DNA of 64,000 nt, taken from assembly GCA_965112155.1 (NCBI GenBank), contig OZ218101.1, one strand, 5' to 3'. Numbering within the stretch: position 1 is the stretch's first letter; the number at the start of each line of letters is the position of its first letter. The position numbers and the translations under genes are program-made. The stretch is from Podarcis liolepis. Its lineage: Eukaryota. Positions 50,641 through 63,583 of the stretch are shown piece by piece. A model generated the notes under the pieces. It ran no database searches, was not told the origin of the DNA, and was given only the letters and a program-made list of their open reading frames with translations.

Positions 50641-53018
50641 CAAGCAGACAGGCAATAAATCAGACAGCAACTGGTTTCATTGCATCAAACTCATCCAAAT
50701 GCCTGGGCATCTTTAGCTATCCCCAAAATTTAAGTAATTAGCACCTCAGAGGTGAAGGCGTTAAAATTACTAGTGAACAGAATATTCAGATTCAGATTTT
50801 CTGTAAGGCGCAAAGAGCAGAAGTCAATGTGAATGAGAACCTCTCCATAACACAATTATTCAAGAGCAGCAATTAAACAATATATGTTTTATTCAGAACA
50901 CATTTATTGTCGTGCATTCCATTGCCTTACCCCTCTATTGTTGTTTTCATTGGCCTTATTCAATGAAAGCCAAGTGATTTGAAAAAAGAATTCAGTTCAC
51001 CAATATGCTAATATCACATATGGTGTTATTTGATGCACTTATATAAGATACACAGTCATACGCAAGACGCATCGCTATCAGAATACAAAAAAGCCAAGGC
51101 CATGTTGTAGTTCTGACAGGAAAGTATTTTTAGGTGTGCAAAAGATGTGGGTTTTGTTCCACAATTCCCTGACATACATTCCCTGTTCAGAAAAATCAGT
51201 CTAGCAGGGAGGTGAGGCAATAGCACAGTCTCTAGAGACACCTGAACTGCCAAGGTCTATTTTTGGCCCTGCCACAAATTTGGCATGTGAGAGGAAAATC
51301 TCCTGCATGTATTAGAATCCTAAGTGTGCAGAAGGATTCCTGAAATATGAACAGACGGCCTGATTTAAACAGGATGTCAGGCGCTTCCAAGTTGACACGG
51401 TTTTCTTTTCCAAGCAAAGGCTGCGCTCCCAGGCTCCTGTTACTGTGATGCTTCCCCTATTTCCCTAAGCCACGGCATGTTCCAAGAGCACAGTATTTGC
51501 TTTCCTTTGGAAGGAGGTCGCTGGAAGCTCATTGGCTTTTTTGCAATGTTTGAGTTTATCTGCAAGTTTACAGGAGCATGGGTGGAGGTTCGCAATATAA
51601 AACACCGTAGCAGGTTGCCAAAGTCCACATCAGATCATCCAGCACCCTTAAGGTGGTTACAGAGCCCAAACTCAGCTTTCTCAAAAGGGTTTCTTCAGGC
51701 ATGTTAAAGCTAACAAATGTATTGCGGCATAAGCTTTTGTGATGTAGGGCCTATTTCTCTACTCTAGCCCATGAATGCTTACGCCATAATGGCATTGGCA
51801 ACTTCAAAATTGGTTTACTGAAATGCCCTCTACGTGGGGGTACCCTTGTGCTTCATCCAGAAGCAGCAGTTACTCATTTTGAAGTAAAAGCAGCTTGGGT
51901 CAGATCCAGAAAATCTTCCCTTGCTCACTGTTTGCTTCTGCAAAAAAGACCTTCAGGGGCTAATGGGGGCATTTTCAGAGCATGCATGATTGAAAGCGCA
52001 TTCTCAATTACAGCTCTGCAGCTGATTTTTCTTCAGCTAACAAATGGCCGGTTTAAGCATTAAAAAACCCACAAAAAGTGAGAATAATGTAATATTTAGT
52101 TTTGCCCTAAATCAACAAATATCTAGCAGCATGCAAAGGATAGCCCATTGCTAGGCATCATCTTCTTTAGAGGAAAAGCTTCCTGAGAAAACTGGGAAAG
52201 GCAATTGATTTATTAGCCACTTTTCTACTTAAAAACACCCAAAGTGGCACAAAACAAAAAGCACAATAATCAATAAAATTTACCTAATACAGTACAACAA
52301 TAAAAGCTCAGTAAAAGCCTAAAGTCAACTTGGCTGCAAATTGCAATATAACCAAAGCCTAAAAATCACAACCTAAACAAATGTAGCAGTAAAAATAATA
52401 ACCCTAAACACGAAAGCTTTCTATCCTGCTTACAGCAGTTTATGCACATTAAAGGATGCCAGTATCACTCTGCTGGCTCAGAGCCTTCCATTCTACTCGC
52501 CAAACGGGGGGGGGGGGGCAGGTGGAAGTGTCACTAGCAGAAAGCTGGGGAGCGGTGGAGTTAGGATCACTCACTTAAGCCTGTAATCCTATCTTCCTCT
52601 TCTTCTTCTCGGTGTATCATCAAAAAAATTAAATAATATATTTTTTTTAAGTCTGTAATCCTATATTCCCTGGGATGACTCATCTTTATTTCCTTCTTTT
52701 TGGACTTAGCACCAAATTAATCCATGCTCAGTCCTCAGGGGTTGAGAGAAGTGTAAAAGTGAGTGTGACCCAATTTTTGTGACCCCACATAGGGGTCTTG
52801 ATGGGTCATGAAAACCTTTTGATGTCACAGAATTATGATACCGACTGTGTTTTCCCAGTGGATCAACTGAATTCAATGGGACTTTATTCTAAGCAAACAT
52901 GTGTTGGATTGTACTGTAAATGATGGGACAGCCTCTCAAGCAGCCCTTTACCAATGCCAACCATCTTAAGACACAAACTTTCCCACTTGCAAGACATTTT
53001 TGGCATATTCTGAATGTA

Positions 53019-53265
53019 TAGTGGTACCTCTAGTTGCGTTCCGCTCTCGTTACGGACTTTCAGTTTACGAACGTGTCCAACCTGGAAGTGTTTATTTCTG
53101 GGTTCGCCACGCACGCATGCGCAAAAGCAATCCCCTGCTTCACGCATGTGCAGAAGCGCTCGATCACGCCATGCACATGTGCGGAAGAGGCACTCGAATT
53201 GCAGACTTTTAGGGATGCGAATGGCACCCTGAAACGGATTAAGTCCACAACTAGAGCTACCACTG
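53019..53265. mobile_element. Tc1/mariner-type MITE
   Basis: ta|tagtggtacctctagttg ... caactagagctaccactg|ta. Confidence 0.8.
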
Positions 53266-53299
53266 TATTGTTGTGTAAGAGTGGGTAAGTACTTCTGGT

Positions 53300-53784
53300 T
53301 CCTTTGCTGTTGCTTGAAGCACAGGTGGCCTCAGTGGCAGGGATCTGGACAGGGATAGCCAAACTCCTGGTATTCTCTAGGTCAGATTACTGCAATGTGT
53401 CATCCATGGGGCTGCCTCTAAAGACGGTTCGGAAACTTCAGCTGGTGCAGAATTCAGCAGCCAGCTTGCTCACCAGGGCAAGCCAGTTTGAGCATATAAT
53501 GCCAATCCTAACCCAATTACACTGGCTGCCAATCAGTTTCCAGGCCCACTTCAAAGTGCTGGTTTTGACTTATAAAGCCTTAAATGGCTCAGGACTGCAA
53601 TACCTCAAGGTTCACCTCTCCTCCTATGAACTGACCCGGATCCTGCGTTCATCATCTGAGGCCCTTCTTCATGTGCCTTCTCCACAGGAGGTCTGGAGGA
53701 TGGCAACACAAGAATGGGCCTTTTCTGTGGTGGCTCCCCATTGGAGAAATGCTCTCTCCTGGGACTCTCACCTGATGCCTTCAT

Positions 53785-53826
<42 letters not shown>

Positions 53827-54225
53827 TTATTTGTACCCTGCCCATCTGGCTGGGCTTCCCCAGCCACTCTGGGCGGCTTCCAAAAAAAATATTAAAATCC
53901 TCTAATACATCAAACATTAAAAGCTTCCCTAAACAGGGCTGCCTTCAGATGTCTTCTAAAAGTCTGGTAGTTGTTGTTCTCTTTGACATCTAGTGGGAGG
54001 GCTTCCACAGGGAGGGCTTTAGGCACCAAGCGAAAACCTTTCTCTTCAACCAGGCCTTTGGTTGATTAACATTCTATGTCCACCTAAATGTGTTTTTGAG
54101 AGGGGGGCTATTGGTTTGTTTTTTGTTTTTATTATGCATTTTGTGTTCTCATTTTGAATTTCTATGTTGGGAACTGCCTTGTGATCTCCGGATGAAGGGC
54201 AGCACACAAATTTAATAATAATAAA
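53300..54225 (+). mobile_element. L2 3' fragment with a second L2 3' end (53785-54015, minus strand, (GTT)n tail) nested inside
   Basis: Encodes SRSDYCN..GLPLKTVRKLQLVQNSAASLL..LHWLPI..FKVLVLTYKALNG. Interrupted by (AAC)n plus a reverse L2 end homologous to 11977-12315. Confidence 0.85.
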
Positions 54226-55508
54226 AGAATGGTTAACAATTTATTTCCAATAAAATATTTTTCACCATTGGGGATGCAAGTGTTCTTCCCTCTTTGCAAT
54301 TCTACTCTGGGCTTGAGATATCTCATTTATTCGGGCTCTGTGCTGTGGATGTACGTTTTCTGCCCTGTCGCTTTAAACCTTTCCCATGCATCCTACAGTG
54401 TGCGACAGAGCACCATGATCAAGGCATCTACATATATAACATTATCTTTGTAGTTGCAGCCACTAAGCTCAATATCCCACACTGCTGCTGCTCCGGTTTA
54501 CCGAACCTACTATGCCAGCTTAAGGAAGTCGTTAGGATCGGCTGTAGCCTGGTTTTGTTTTATTTATTGTAATTATTTCAAAATTAGCATAAACACTGAA
54601 AGATTTAGGACTCTACAGCATCCAAAAGCCTCTGGCGCTTCATGGAAGCTGGCACCTTCAATTTGAACCACTTTGAGAGTGATAACAGTTGCTTTGAAAT
54701 TGACACGGTTCACGCTGAAGCTGGTCTTCAAAGAGAGGAACTGGCATTAGGAAAAAAATTAAAATCCTCCAATCCCAGCTTGTGCTTCTGGCGCACGGCA
54801 CATGCATATACATCCCATAAGGAGCACGGTCTGCATCGTGCGGTTATTTCGTGCTTAATAAAATTAACATTAGCAACAGAAAATAGGATTTGAGGTGACA
54901 TTTCAGCCAAGGATTTTTCCCCCTTCCCCACAGCTGAAAAGGAGACCATAGCTAAGGGGGAGGGGAGGAACAGCAAAATTCTGATCCTTTTTAAAATCCC
55001 TAGCATGGTTTCATTAGCTTCTTGAACCAAGATTGGCTCGCCCCGTTGAAGAGAGATACGGAACAAGAGCAAACGAGAAAGAATAGATTGCTTACTTCAC
55101 ATAATCTTCCCCCGAAGTGCGTGTATTTCATAACTGCTGTGTGCTGATGCAGGACACCTACTTGCACTTATTTACTTACATCAGCTTGTAAGAGGGATAA
55201 TTCATCAAACAGGTAAAAAAAGAAAACGCAGAACTGTGCAAGATGCCTTTTTTTTTTTTGAAGCAGTAAAACCTATCCAAGCAATTTGTCATCCGAAATT
55301 ATTCATCCATCATTATTTTCATAACACTCAAAGGTAGGCAAAGAAGATTCCATAGCAGCAGAAATGTGCATTGAGAAAAAAAGCAACCATTAGAAACATC
55401 CTAGTAGGGAATTAAATTTTCTCTTTCATCCTCTTCTCTCCTGCTCCCCCCCCCCCCCGCAATGAACCTTGCTCATATCTAGAGTGGGAATAATGTTCCC
55501 TGACTTAC

Positions 55509-55715
55509 GACTGGCTGTCCTGCTTTGATCACTCTGGACGCTGTCATTCGACTGGTTGCTTGAGATCGACGAGACACTGGAGCTCCTGACAAAGCCAAAG
55601 GCTGCTAGTTTAGCGGCCGGCAATCGGGAATAACCAGGAGGGCGAAGTCCAGACTGACATGGCTTGGGAAGGTTTGATTTCGTAGCATTTGGATTCGGGA
55701 CTTTTTTGAGATCAA
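55509..55715 (-). CDS. MTUS2: MTUS2 internal coding exon, 207 nt, phase 1 to 1
   Basis: Acceptor tttctacccccag|TT, donor AGTC|gtaagt. Translation (V)[68 protein letters not shown] matches MTUS2 [29 protein letters not shown]. It splices in frame to the 61564-61804 exon. Confidence 0.95.
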
Positions 55716-55921
55716 CTGGGGGTAGAAATTAAAAATGTTATATGAAAACGTCAGGAAGCAAAAATTGCATTACAGGGCTGTGTTTATTGGAAACGAACAG
55801 TCTTAGGATCTAAAGTAGGCCATTCTTTTGGCCTTTTTCAAGTTGGCATCTTTTAAACATACCACCACCACCACCACCAGTGGAGTTAAAAGCACTAGAC
55901 TAGAGCTGAGCAGGCGTTTTT

Positions 55922-56057
55922 CAGTAGAGTTGGAATGGACCACATGGGTCCTCTAGTCCAACGCCCTGCAATGTAAGAATCTTTCACCCAATGTGGGGCT
56001 CAAACCTATGACCCTGAGATTAAGGATTTCATGCTCTGCCAACTGAGCTATTCCAGC
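55922..56057 (-). mobile_element. tRNA-Lys-derived SINE with CR1-type tail
   Basis: Homologous to 10018-10157 and 59528-59675. Confidence 0.82.
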
Positions 56058-58593
56058 TGAAACATATAAGGTACTACAATAACTTTGGTTGGTTTTTGTA
56101 GGTTTTAAACATAAAAATGAAATAAATGATATTAACGGTTAAAGATATCCCACATACCCCAGGTGGGTGGTTTGTAGGGGCCTCAGCTGTGCAGGGAAGA
56201 AGGTTAGAAAGTCACCCTGGTCTTCCTCTCCCCTGCTTTACCCTGAATGGATTCAGAAATACGGGCTGCAAATAACTTCAGACAATGCCCCTTCCTTAAT
56301 ATATTGTGTGGTTCGCTCCCTTAGGCCTCCTGGCCTCTCATGAGACTACTGCTTCTCCATTGCCTTAGGTGGCTGAGTTGCGATATTCCTTCTCCTTGGT
56401 GCCAGAGCTTCCTTCGCCATCACTCCAGTGGCTAGGACAACCCTTTTGTTTTCAGGAGCCAACTTCCTTGTTGTGCTGTGGGGCTGGCCGTGGTCAGGCC
56501 ACTCAAGTCGCCTTCCTTGCTCTGATGGGATGGAGAATCCAGTACACGACCGTATTTATGATAATCAGCACTAACTGGGACTACTGATAGAAAATCCAAA
56601 CGTAACACAGATAGGATTATATTCAATGGGGGGCACTGACATTACAGCTAGGCTGTCAGAGCAAATGTGAAAGAAACTTAATGGCAGGGTGCCATCCTCC
56701 TGCAGGGAAATACATTTTTCAGCAGCAAATTAAGTGTAATGGTAAAATTTAATACTGTCTTCTAAAGAAGAGTTATAGCACATCCACCTTCTGTCTGATG
56801 TCTTTATTATTTAGAATTTCCTAATTACTTGCTCAACAGGGGTATAATCTCCATTTTGAAGGATTTCCAGAAAATCATAGGTTCTAATAGGAAGGCTTTC
56901 AGCACAGGAAAGCTTGCTTTAGATACAGGATAGCCGTATTTAAACATCACAACCTTTTTCATGCAGCATACTAAAAAGGACTTTCCCCATGGTGCCAAAT
57001 AACAATCCCTGTAGAAGGTGAAACATTTCAGAGTTTCCCAAGTCATGGAGCATCCATACTCAAGCACCACCACACCCAAGGATAAGGAGCTGTCCTTATA
57101 ACACCATAAAGTGTTTTTAAATGTTACACCAGGAACAGCATCAAGGTGGAGCAATTGTTGAAAGTGTAATACTTTAACTTGCCCTTCAGGCAGGGCCTAA
57201 ACTGAATAGCTTATGGACAGTTGACTACACAGCCGAGATAATAGAATCCGTCTTTTGATTCCTGCCACTTCATTACAGTGTGTCAGGACCTATTGGCCAA
57301 TGCCACATGTGGTGAAATGTACAACCACAGGCTTTCAGTGCTCTGGTCTGGCTCCACCCACCAGGATGGCCATTGGCTCCACATGGGCAGGATGGAATAT
57401 AGGTAGGTTCCCAGTCTCAGTGGTGCTTTGCTTGAGCTCTGGAGTGTCTTGCATTCCTAGCTTTGTTCTTCAATTCTGACTCCTACCCTTGGCTTCTGAT
57501 TGTTGTTTGCACTTGACTCCTGGTTCTGACTTGCTCCACTGCCTCCCGTGGACAAGTGCTTCTATGCAAACATGGTGGGTTTTATCCAAAATTTGTTAGT
57601 ATTCACTGAACAGCAGTGGGGTGACTGACTACAGCTACCAGCAACTTTTCTTCAATGATCAGAGATCCAGACAATGTTATTTTAATCTCTGGTATTAATT
57701 TCAGTTGATCTGTCAAAATAAGCAAGAAGAAATACTCCATTTTGTAGCTGCCTGAAGGCAGTTTCAGAATTAAACATTGTCTGTGCTCTACAAGAATCAG
57801 TCTCTTTGATGCTTTCGCTGTCCCCTGTTAGAGGACTTTAAAGTGTTTCCAAGTAGAGATTGGCTGACAAAAGACAAGTGTAACTGGAGTTATAAGGACA
57901 TCTGAAAACTGCCGTAGAGGATGCGTTCACCATGGCACAGCAAATACAGCAAATCATGCAGGGAGATGATGAAGGGTTGAAGTAGACATGATGATGGCTG
58001 CTCCATGGGAAAGAACTGAGTTTCAGCAGTAACAGCTAGAGATGGATAAATCAAGTTTGTAGCTGAGTGGCTCCCAGGTCCGGGACTTGGGGAGTCCACT
58101 GATTCTGGATAGGACCGTACATGAGTGCATTTTAAAAAGGTGCACATTAGTGCATATTTAAACTATTATATGTCCAACTTGTATACCGTTTGGCCTAATA
58201 CACATATTTGCGGGCAATTTATTTTAATAAAATGCATTTTTATATTTTCACTAATATACACATTTTATACCCACTTTCCTCTAAAATACACATTTTTATC
58301 CAGGGGGGGGGGGAGGTTGGTGAGTGTATTGTGAAACTCAGATAATTGTGAATTCTGCACAAAACCACATTTCCCAGCAACTGGTATTCAGAGGTATACT
58401 GCCTCTGAAACTGCAGGTAGAACAGCAGTCCCCCATGGCATCTATTTAAATTATTTAGTTCCATCAATTCAGGGAGATGGGATGAGCATCATAATGCAGA
58501 AGGAGGGGGTTGGGGGTTGGGTGTACCCATATCTATATATTTATCGGAAAAATTTCTCTTCCTAGACCAGGGCAAGTGGAGTGGAGCATGTTA

Positions 58594-58835
58594 CAGTGGT
58601 ACCTCAGGTTAAGCACTTAATTTGTTCCAGAGGTCCATTCTTAAGCTGAAGCTGTTCTTAACCTGAAACACCACTTTAGCTAATGGGGCCTCCTGCTGCC
58701 GCTGCGCCACTGGAGAACAATTTCTGTTCTCATCCTGAAGCAAAGTTCTTAACTCGAGGTACTATTTCTGGGTTAGCGGAGCCTGTAACCTGAAGCGTAT
58801 GTAACCTGAAGCGTATGTAACCTGAGGTACCACTG
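58594..58835 (-). mobile_element. Tc1/mariner-type MITE, family A (242 bp)
   Basis: TIR cagtggtacctcagg / cctgaggtaccactg, TA TSD, reverse orientation relative to 9050 and 63326. Confidence 0.92.
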
Positions 58836-59527
58836 TACTTGGGTATGTACATTTGTATTAGAAAGAGAGAATTACCTCCCTACCTCTGAAATTTGTCTTG
58901 GTTCATTCATTTAAAGGTAAAGATGCTTCAACTGAGCATTTCTACTTGCAGGGGCCACCCAGGGCATCTATCTAAATGCTGACCACTGACAAAGATACCA
59001 TTATCCATTTTCTCTCCCCCCTACCGTAACCCATAAAAAACCAGTCATCCAACAAAGGCTACAGCAGCTTGAAACCAATAAACCTTTTTAATGTCTTGCT
59101 TTGGTGGTTCTCTGAAAACAGAGGCACTGGGATATCAGCATCAGCTGCTTTCAGGGCAAACACTGTTAGTTTTCCTTGAGAGCCGCCGTATGCCATGCTG
59201 TGGAAGAATTAAGAGCTTTCTGCATCAAGTGAAGATAAAACTTTCTGGCGGCACATTGGGTCTGCCCCAGGTATTGCAGCAAGAAGAAGTCTTTTTAAAA
59301 TTGTGTTAGTGGCTCAGCATACACTGCAAATGTCTAGATATTGGGGCTTAGAGTTGAAAGTCAAGATCAGGCAAGATCAGGTGGACGTAATTGGTAACTT
59401 TGCCTGCTAGTCTTGTTGGTAAAGCACTCTGCTTAAGGTAAATTCTTCAGTCTTGGGAAAAGGCCTGGGACTATAATTAACTACTTGCAGGCAATCAAGT
59501 AGTCACAAACAGAATACTCTGGGCATA

Positions 59528-59675
59528 GGCTGGGTAGCTCAGTCAGTAGAGCATGAGACTCTGAATCCCAGGGTTGTGGGCTTGAGCTCCAAATTGGGTG
59601 AAAGATTCCTGCACTGCAGGGGGCTGGACTGGATGACCCTCATGGCCCCTTTCAACTCTACAATTCTATGATTCT
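59528..59675 (+). mobile_element. tRNA-Lys-derived SINE with CR1-type tail
   Basis: ggctgggtagctcagtcagtagagcatgagactc head, caactctacaattctatgattct tail. Confidence 0.85.
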
Positions 59676-59690
59676 TAGTCTGGTTCTGTT

Positions 59691-59742
59691 GTTAAGTACG
59701 GACCTCCAGAACAAATGAAGTACTTAACCTGAGGTACCACTG
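59691..59742 (+). mobile_element. Right-end fragment of MITE family A
   Basis: gttaagtacggacctcc...cctgaggtaccactg|ta. Confidence 0.8.
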
Positions 59743-60478
59743 TATACTACATTTTTTTAGATTTGCCTTGAGACAGTCTTTAAACCTCTTACTCAAAAAA
59801 AATCACCATTTTATAGTTCAAATCGGGGGAATAAATACAGTAAATGGGCAAAAGTACAAAGATTCACAAAATGTTTAGGGGTAGATTCAGGTAGGTAGCC
59901 ACATTGGTCTGATGCAGTTGAAATAAATAAACAAATAAATAAATGTTTAGGGGTATGCGTACCCCTGCGTGTCCCGTCCCCCCCCCCCCCAGAAAAATGT
60001 ACTGGCCTTAGCAATCACTCCACAAAAAGTATTGTGTAACTTAAAATCAATCAAACACAGAGCTCCCAAAGATGGTGAGATCAACCTTCAGTATAGGCAA
60101 AAAATTATGTATAATGCTTTTATAATTATTTACAATACAGTGCAGTCTTCCAATACTGGACATATTGATGGAATTTTATCTTGTTATCAGAATGGAGTCA
60201 GACACATTATTTTAGAAATGTACAGTGCCTCCAAATGGAGGGTGAAATTTGCTGCTGCTGCTGCTTTATTTAATTTTGTTTTGTTTTGAAGGTTGTGGCA
60301 ATCTCGGCAACAAAGTGGCTTCCATCCTCAAAAAAATCCTTTAAAAATCTTTAAATGTAATTAGGTAGCCAGAGATTTAAGTCCTGCATGCCCTTTTCCA
60401 GGGAATTATGGAATTGCAAACTATTCAGGCTTATGATAACATCAGGCTCACTATGAAGTCCCTGAATGGTTGGGATTA

Positions 60479-60878
60479 CAGTGGTGCCCCGCAAGACGAA
60501 TGCCTTGCAAGACGGAAAACCCGCTAGACGAAAGGGTTTTCCGTTTTGGAGGTGCTTCGCAAAAAGAATTTCCTATGGGCTTGCTTTGCAAGACGAAAAT
60601 GTCTTGCGAGTTCCTGCGGGGTTTTTTTCCTCCCCCCCCCTTTTCCCCAAGCCGCTAAGCCGCTTATCAGCTGATCCGCTAAGCCGCTTATCAGCCGATT
60701 CGCTAAGCCACTTATCAGCTGATTCGCTAAGCTGCTTATCAGCTGATCCGCTAAACCCGCTAAGCCGCTAATAGCGCTAATCCGCTAAGCTGCTAATGGG
60801 CTTGCTTCACAAGACGAAAAAACCGCAAGACGAAGAGACTCGTGGAATGGATTCTTTTCGTCTTGCGAGGCACCACTG
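60479..60878. mobile_element. Tc1/mariner-type MITE with internal ~24-bp tandem array
   Basis: TIR cagtggtgccccgcaagacgaa / ttcgtcttgcgaggcaccactg, TA TSD. (ccgctaagccgcttatcagctgat)n at about 60652-60795. Confidence 0.9.
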
Positions 60879-61563
60879 TACATAGTAAAGAAGCCCTATT
60901 TGCTGAAGAAGCAGGACAGTGCAGCTATTATTATCCCAAATACATGCAAAAAAGAAAAAACCTTTTCAGAAGTAGGGATTCTGAGTTAACATTCTGGGGA
61001 CCCTAAAAGTACTTATCTTTGCCCTCAGTTCCAAAACTGGTATACATTTGGCATAGTTTTCATGCTTACTTAAAAAAAGAAACACGAAGTTGAATTTTGC
61101 GTTAAGAATAAAAATGATGGCATGAGTCAAAGTAATTCCACAATTAACTTAGTTTTGAGTGGAGACTCAGGTACCCATGGCCACTGGATAACTTCACAAC
61201 CTGCTTACAAATATTGTTCATTTTGGCACATATTTTATAAAAATTAATTAGTAAGATCACTGTGTATTCCCGACAAATTTTGCCCTTTAATGAGGGCACT
61301 TCTATGCAGTAACCATATGACTGTATGGATACACTTCCCACACTGGAAGTGGATCCATTCATTAATGTGCAAGATAGAAGTTGTATACGCAAATTGAGCA
61401 AATAACCTTAATCACTGTTATTAGACTTAATCGCTATGATTAGACCATGCTAGGACAGGCCCCAGCTCTGTTCATTTTGGTATCTCCCCACCCCACACCC
61501 CGCTTTTTTTAAAGAAAATAAATTGACCACTGTAATTAAAAAACAGACAGTGAAGATGGATAC

Positions 61564-61804
61564 CTGAATTATCTGGATGAAAAAGCGGAGGAGAACTGGC
61601 TATTGGCCCTTGCGGATGGATGCAGCTTGCTGAAGACCTCTGGCTTGTAATCAAAATCCTGCTTTTTGCAGACGGTAATCTGGAAACTGCTCCCAGTCCC
61701 AACTGAGGCTTAAGTATCATTGCAGAGCGATAAAAGCTTGGAGGCACCTCATAGTGAGTGTATGGTGGAGGACAAAATTCTCCTTTCACAGGCCTTTCCC
61801 CAAC
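61564..61804 (-). CDS. MTUS2: MTUS2 (microtubule-associated scaffold protein 2) internal coding exon, 241 nt, phase 0 to 1
   Basis: Acceptor tttatatttgcgcag|GTT, donor TCAG|gtatcc. Translation [67 protein letters not shown]... closely matches mammalian MTUS2 as recalled ([52 protein letters not shown]). Confidence 0.95.
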
Positions 61805-62187
61805 CTGCGCAAATATAAATACAAATAAAGTTAGGGCAAGAAAGGTATCTCGAGAAACAAAATATATGGCGTTTGCATAACTGCTTATAAGAACCGAGAT
61901 CACTGCTTTCCAGCATGATGATTGGTTTGGTATGTAGAGGTGGAAAATGCAGTAATCTCTGAATAAAAGTGATAGACTACCTTTCACAACAGAACATCAA
62001 ATGGTGGCGTTCCATTATGATTGCTTGAAAATTATTTGTTAAGGCTGAATACACAGAAAGGTTAACTACAGTGCAATCCTATTGTCTTTTGTTTTTGTAC
62101 TTAAAAAACAATCCCTATTTCAGCTTTTTATGGTATGTCTGCAAAACTGCTTGAGACACATGTAAAAGGTGATTAATATATGCAGTA

Positions 62188-62404
62188 CTGTCGTAACTTG
62201 GAAGTCGAACACCTTGCGAGACAAACGCTTTGGCTCCTTAACACTGCAAACCCGGAAAGTGAGTGTTCCGGTTTGCAAACGTTCTTTGGAACCCGAACAT
62301 CCGATGCAACTTCCACGGCTTCCGATTGGCTGCAGGATGTTCCTGTAGCCAATCAGAAGCCGCGCCTTGGTTTCCGGAACGGATTCCATTTGACTTCTGA
62401 GGTC
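62188..62404. mobile_element. Tc1/mariner-type MITE family B, right end disrupted by a GC-rich element (about 62404-63016)
   Basis: Homologous to 13061-13309. The right TIR is cut at gacttctgaggtc and followed by a gtccc/gggaca-rich repeat ending ggagggcatg. Confidence 0.65.
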
Positions 62405-63325
62405 CTCTCTAAGTGTCCCGATTTTCCAAGGGCAGTCGCAGAAACCCGAAAGCTGTCCCAGTTTCTGATTTGATCCCAGAATGTCCCTATGCTGCCTGCC
62501 AGCACTGCCAAGTGAAGACAAGGGACAGCAGCAGTAACCCATTGCCTCTCCATGGCTGCCACTGCTGGCCTCCTCCTGTGGGGAGCTTGTAATAGGTGCT
62601 GGAGAGTAGGCAAGGAGGAGGAATGGCCGCTGCCACCAAGGCTCAGCCCTGTGTGGTGTACCAGCTCCGAGGGGCAGGGAGATAGCAAGACCGCCCTGGG
62701 TGGGAAGAAAGGGGGAGCGGAAGGGCCCAAGAAGTCTTGATTTTTAAAAAATAGAAATGCTTTGTGCATCCGCGTTCTAATCCTGTCCCTTTCTAAAATG
62801 TACTTATTGCTGTGCGTTTTTCTTTTTGCAAATTTACCAAAGAGTAAAATAAAATCAGGATTAAGAGGCTTTCTTGGGATGGTGTGTGTGTGCTTTGTCC
62901 CATTGCCTTTCTTCTAATAGGAAATGCTCTGCAGGAGGGGGGACAAAGATGGGGGGTCAGTTGGTGCGGGAGTGAGAAATGTCCCTGTTTTCATCTGAGG
63001 AATGCTGGAGGGCATGTTAATAACAACAACCAAGTCTCATTAAGTTCAACTGGATATAGAATTTCTGGCTAAATCTGCACTCCTGTAACACTTAGGACTG
63101 AGAGTAAGTCCCACTGAATGGGGCTTCCTTGTGAACAAACAGGCAAAGCAGTGCTATTTTTCTCACCATTAACACCTCCTTTGTTCTCTTAGAATGGCAA
63201 TGGTGCCCACCTGAGAGGCGCTGAAACTGAATTCTGGTGAGTTCCAGCTGGAAAAAAAGTCCTGATGCAAAGGGAATGGCTACAATCCTACACACATTTG
63301 CGTGGGACGAAGTGCCACAGGCTTA

Positions 63326-63583
63326 CAGTGGTACCTCAGGTTACATATGCTTCAGGTTACAGACGCTTCAGGTTACAGACGCTTCAGGTTACAGACTCCG
63401 CTAACCCAGAAATAGTATCTCGGGTTAAGAACTTTGCTTCAGGATGAGAACAGAAATTGTGGTCCCACAGTGCAGCGGCAGCAGGAGGCCCCATTAGCTA
63501 AAGTGGTACCTCAGGTTAAGAACAGTTTCAGGTTAAGAACAGACCTCCAGAACAAATTAAGTTCTTAACCCAAGGTACCACTG
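63326..63583 (+). mobile_element. Tc1/mariner-type MITE, family A (258 bp)
   Basis: TIR cagtggtacctcagg / caaggtaccactg, TA TSD. Confidence 0.92.

Noticed and set aside
59528-59600. tRNA-Lys-like sequence (also 10090-10157, 55985-56057, and the tRNA-like head at 31769)
   Set aside because: Mutated stems and direct fusion to LINE-type tails show these are SINE heads, not tRNA genes.
60652-60795. Short repeat array superficially like CRISPR
   Set aside because: Tandem units without unique spacers, inside a eukaryotic MITE, and no cas genes.
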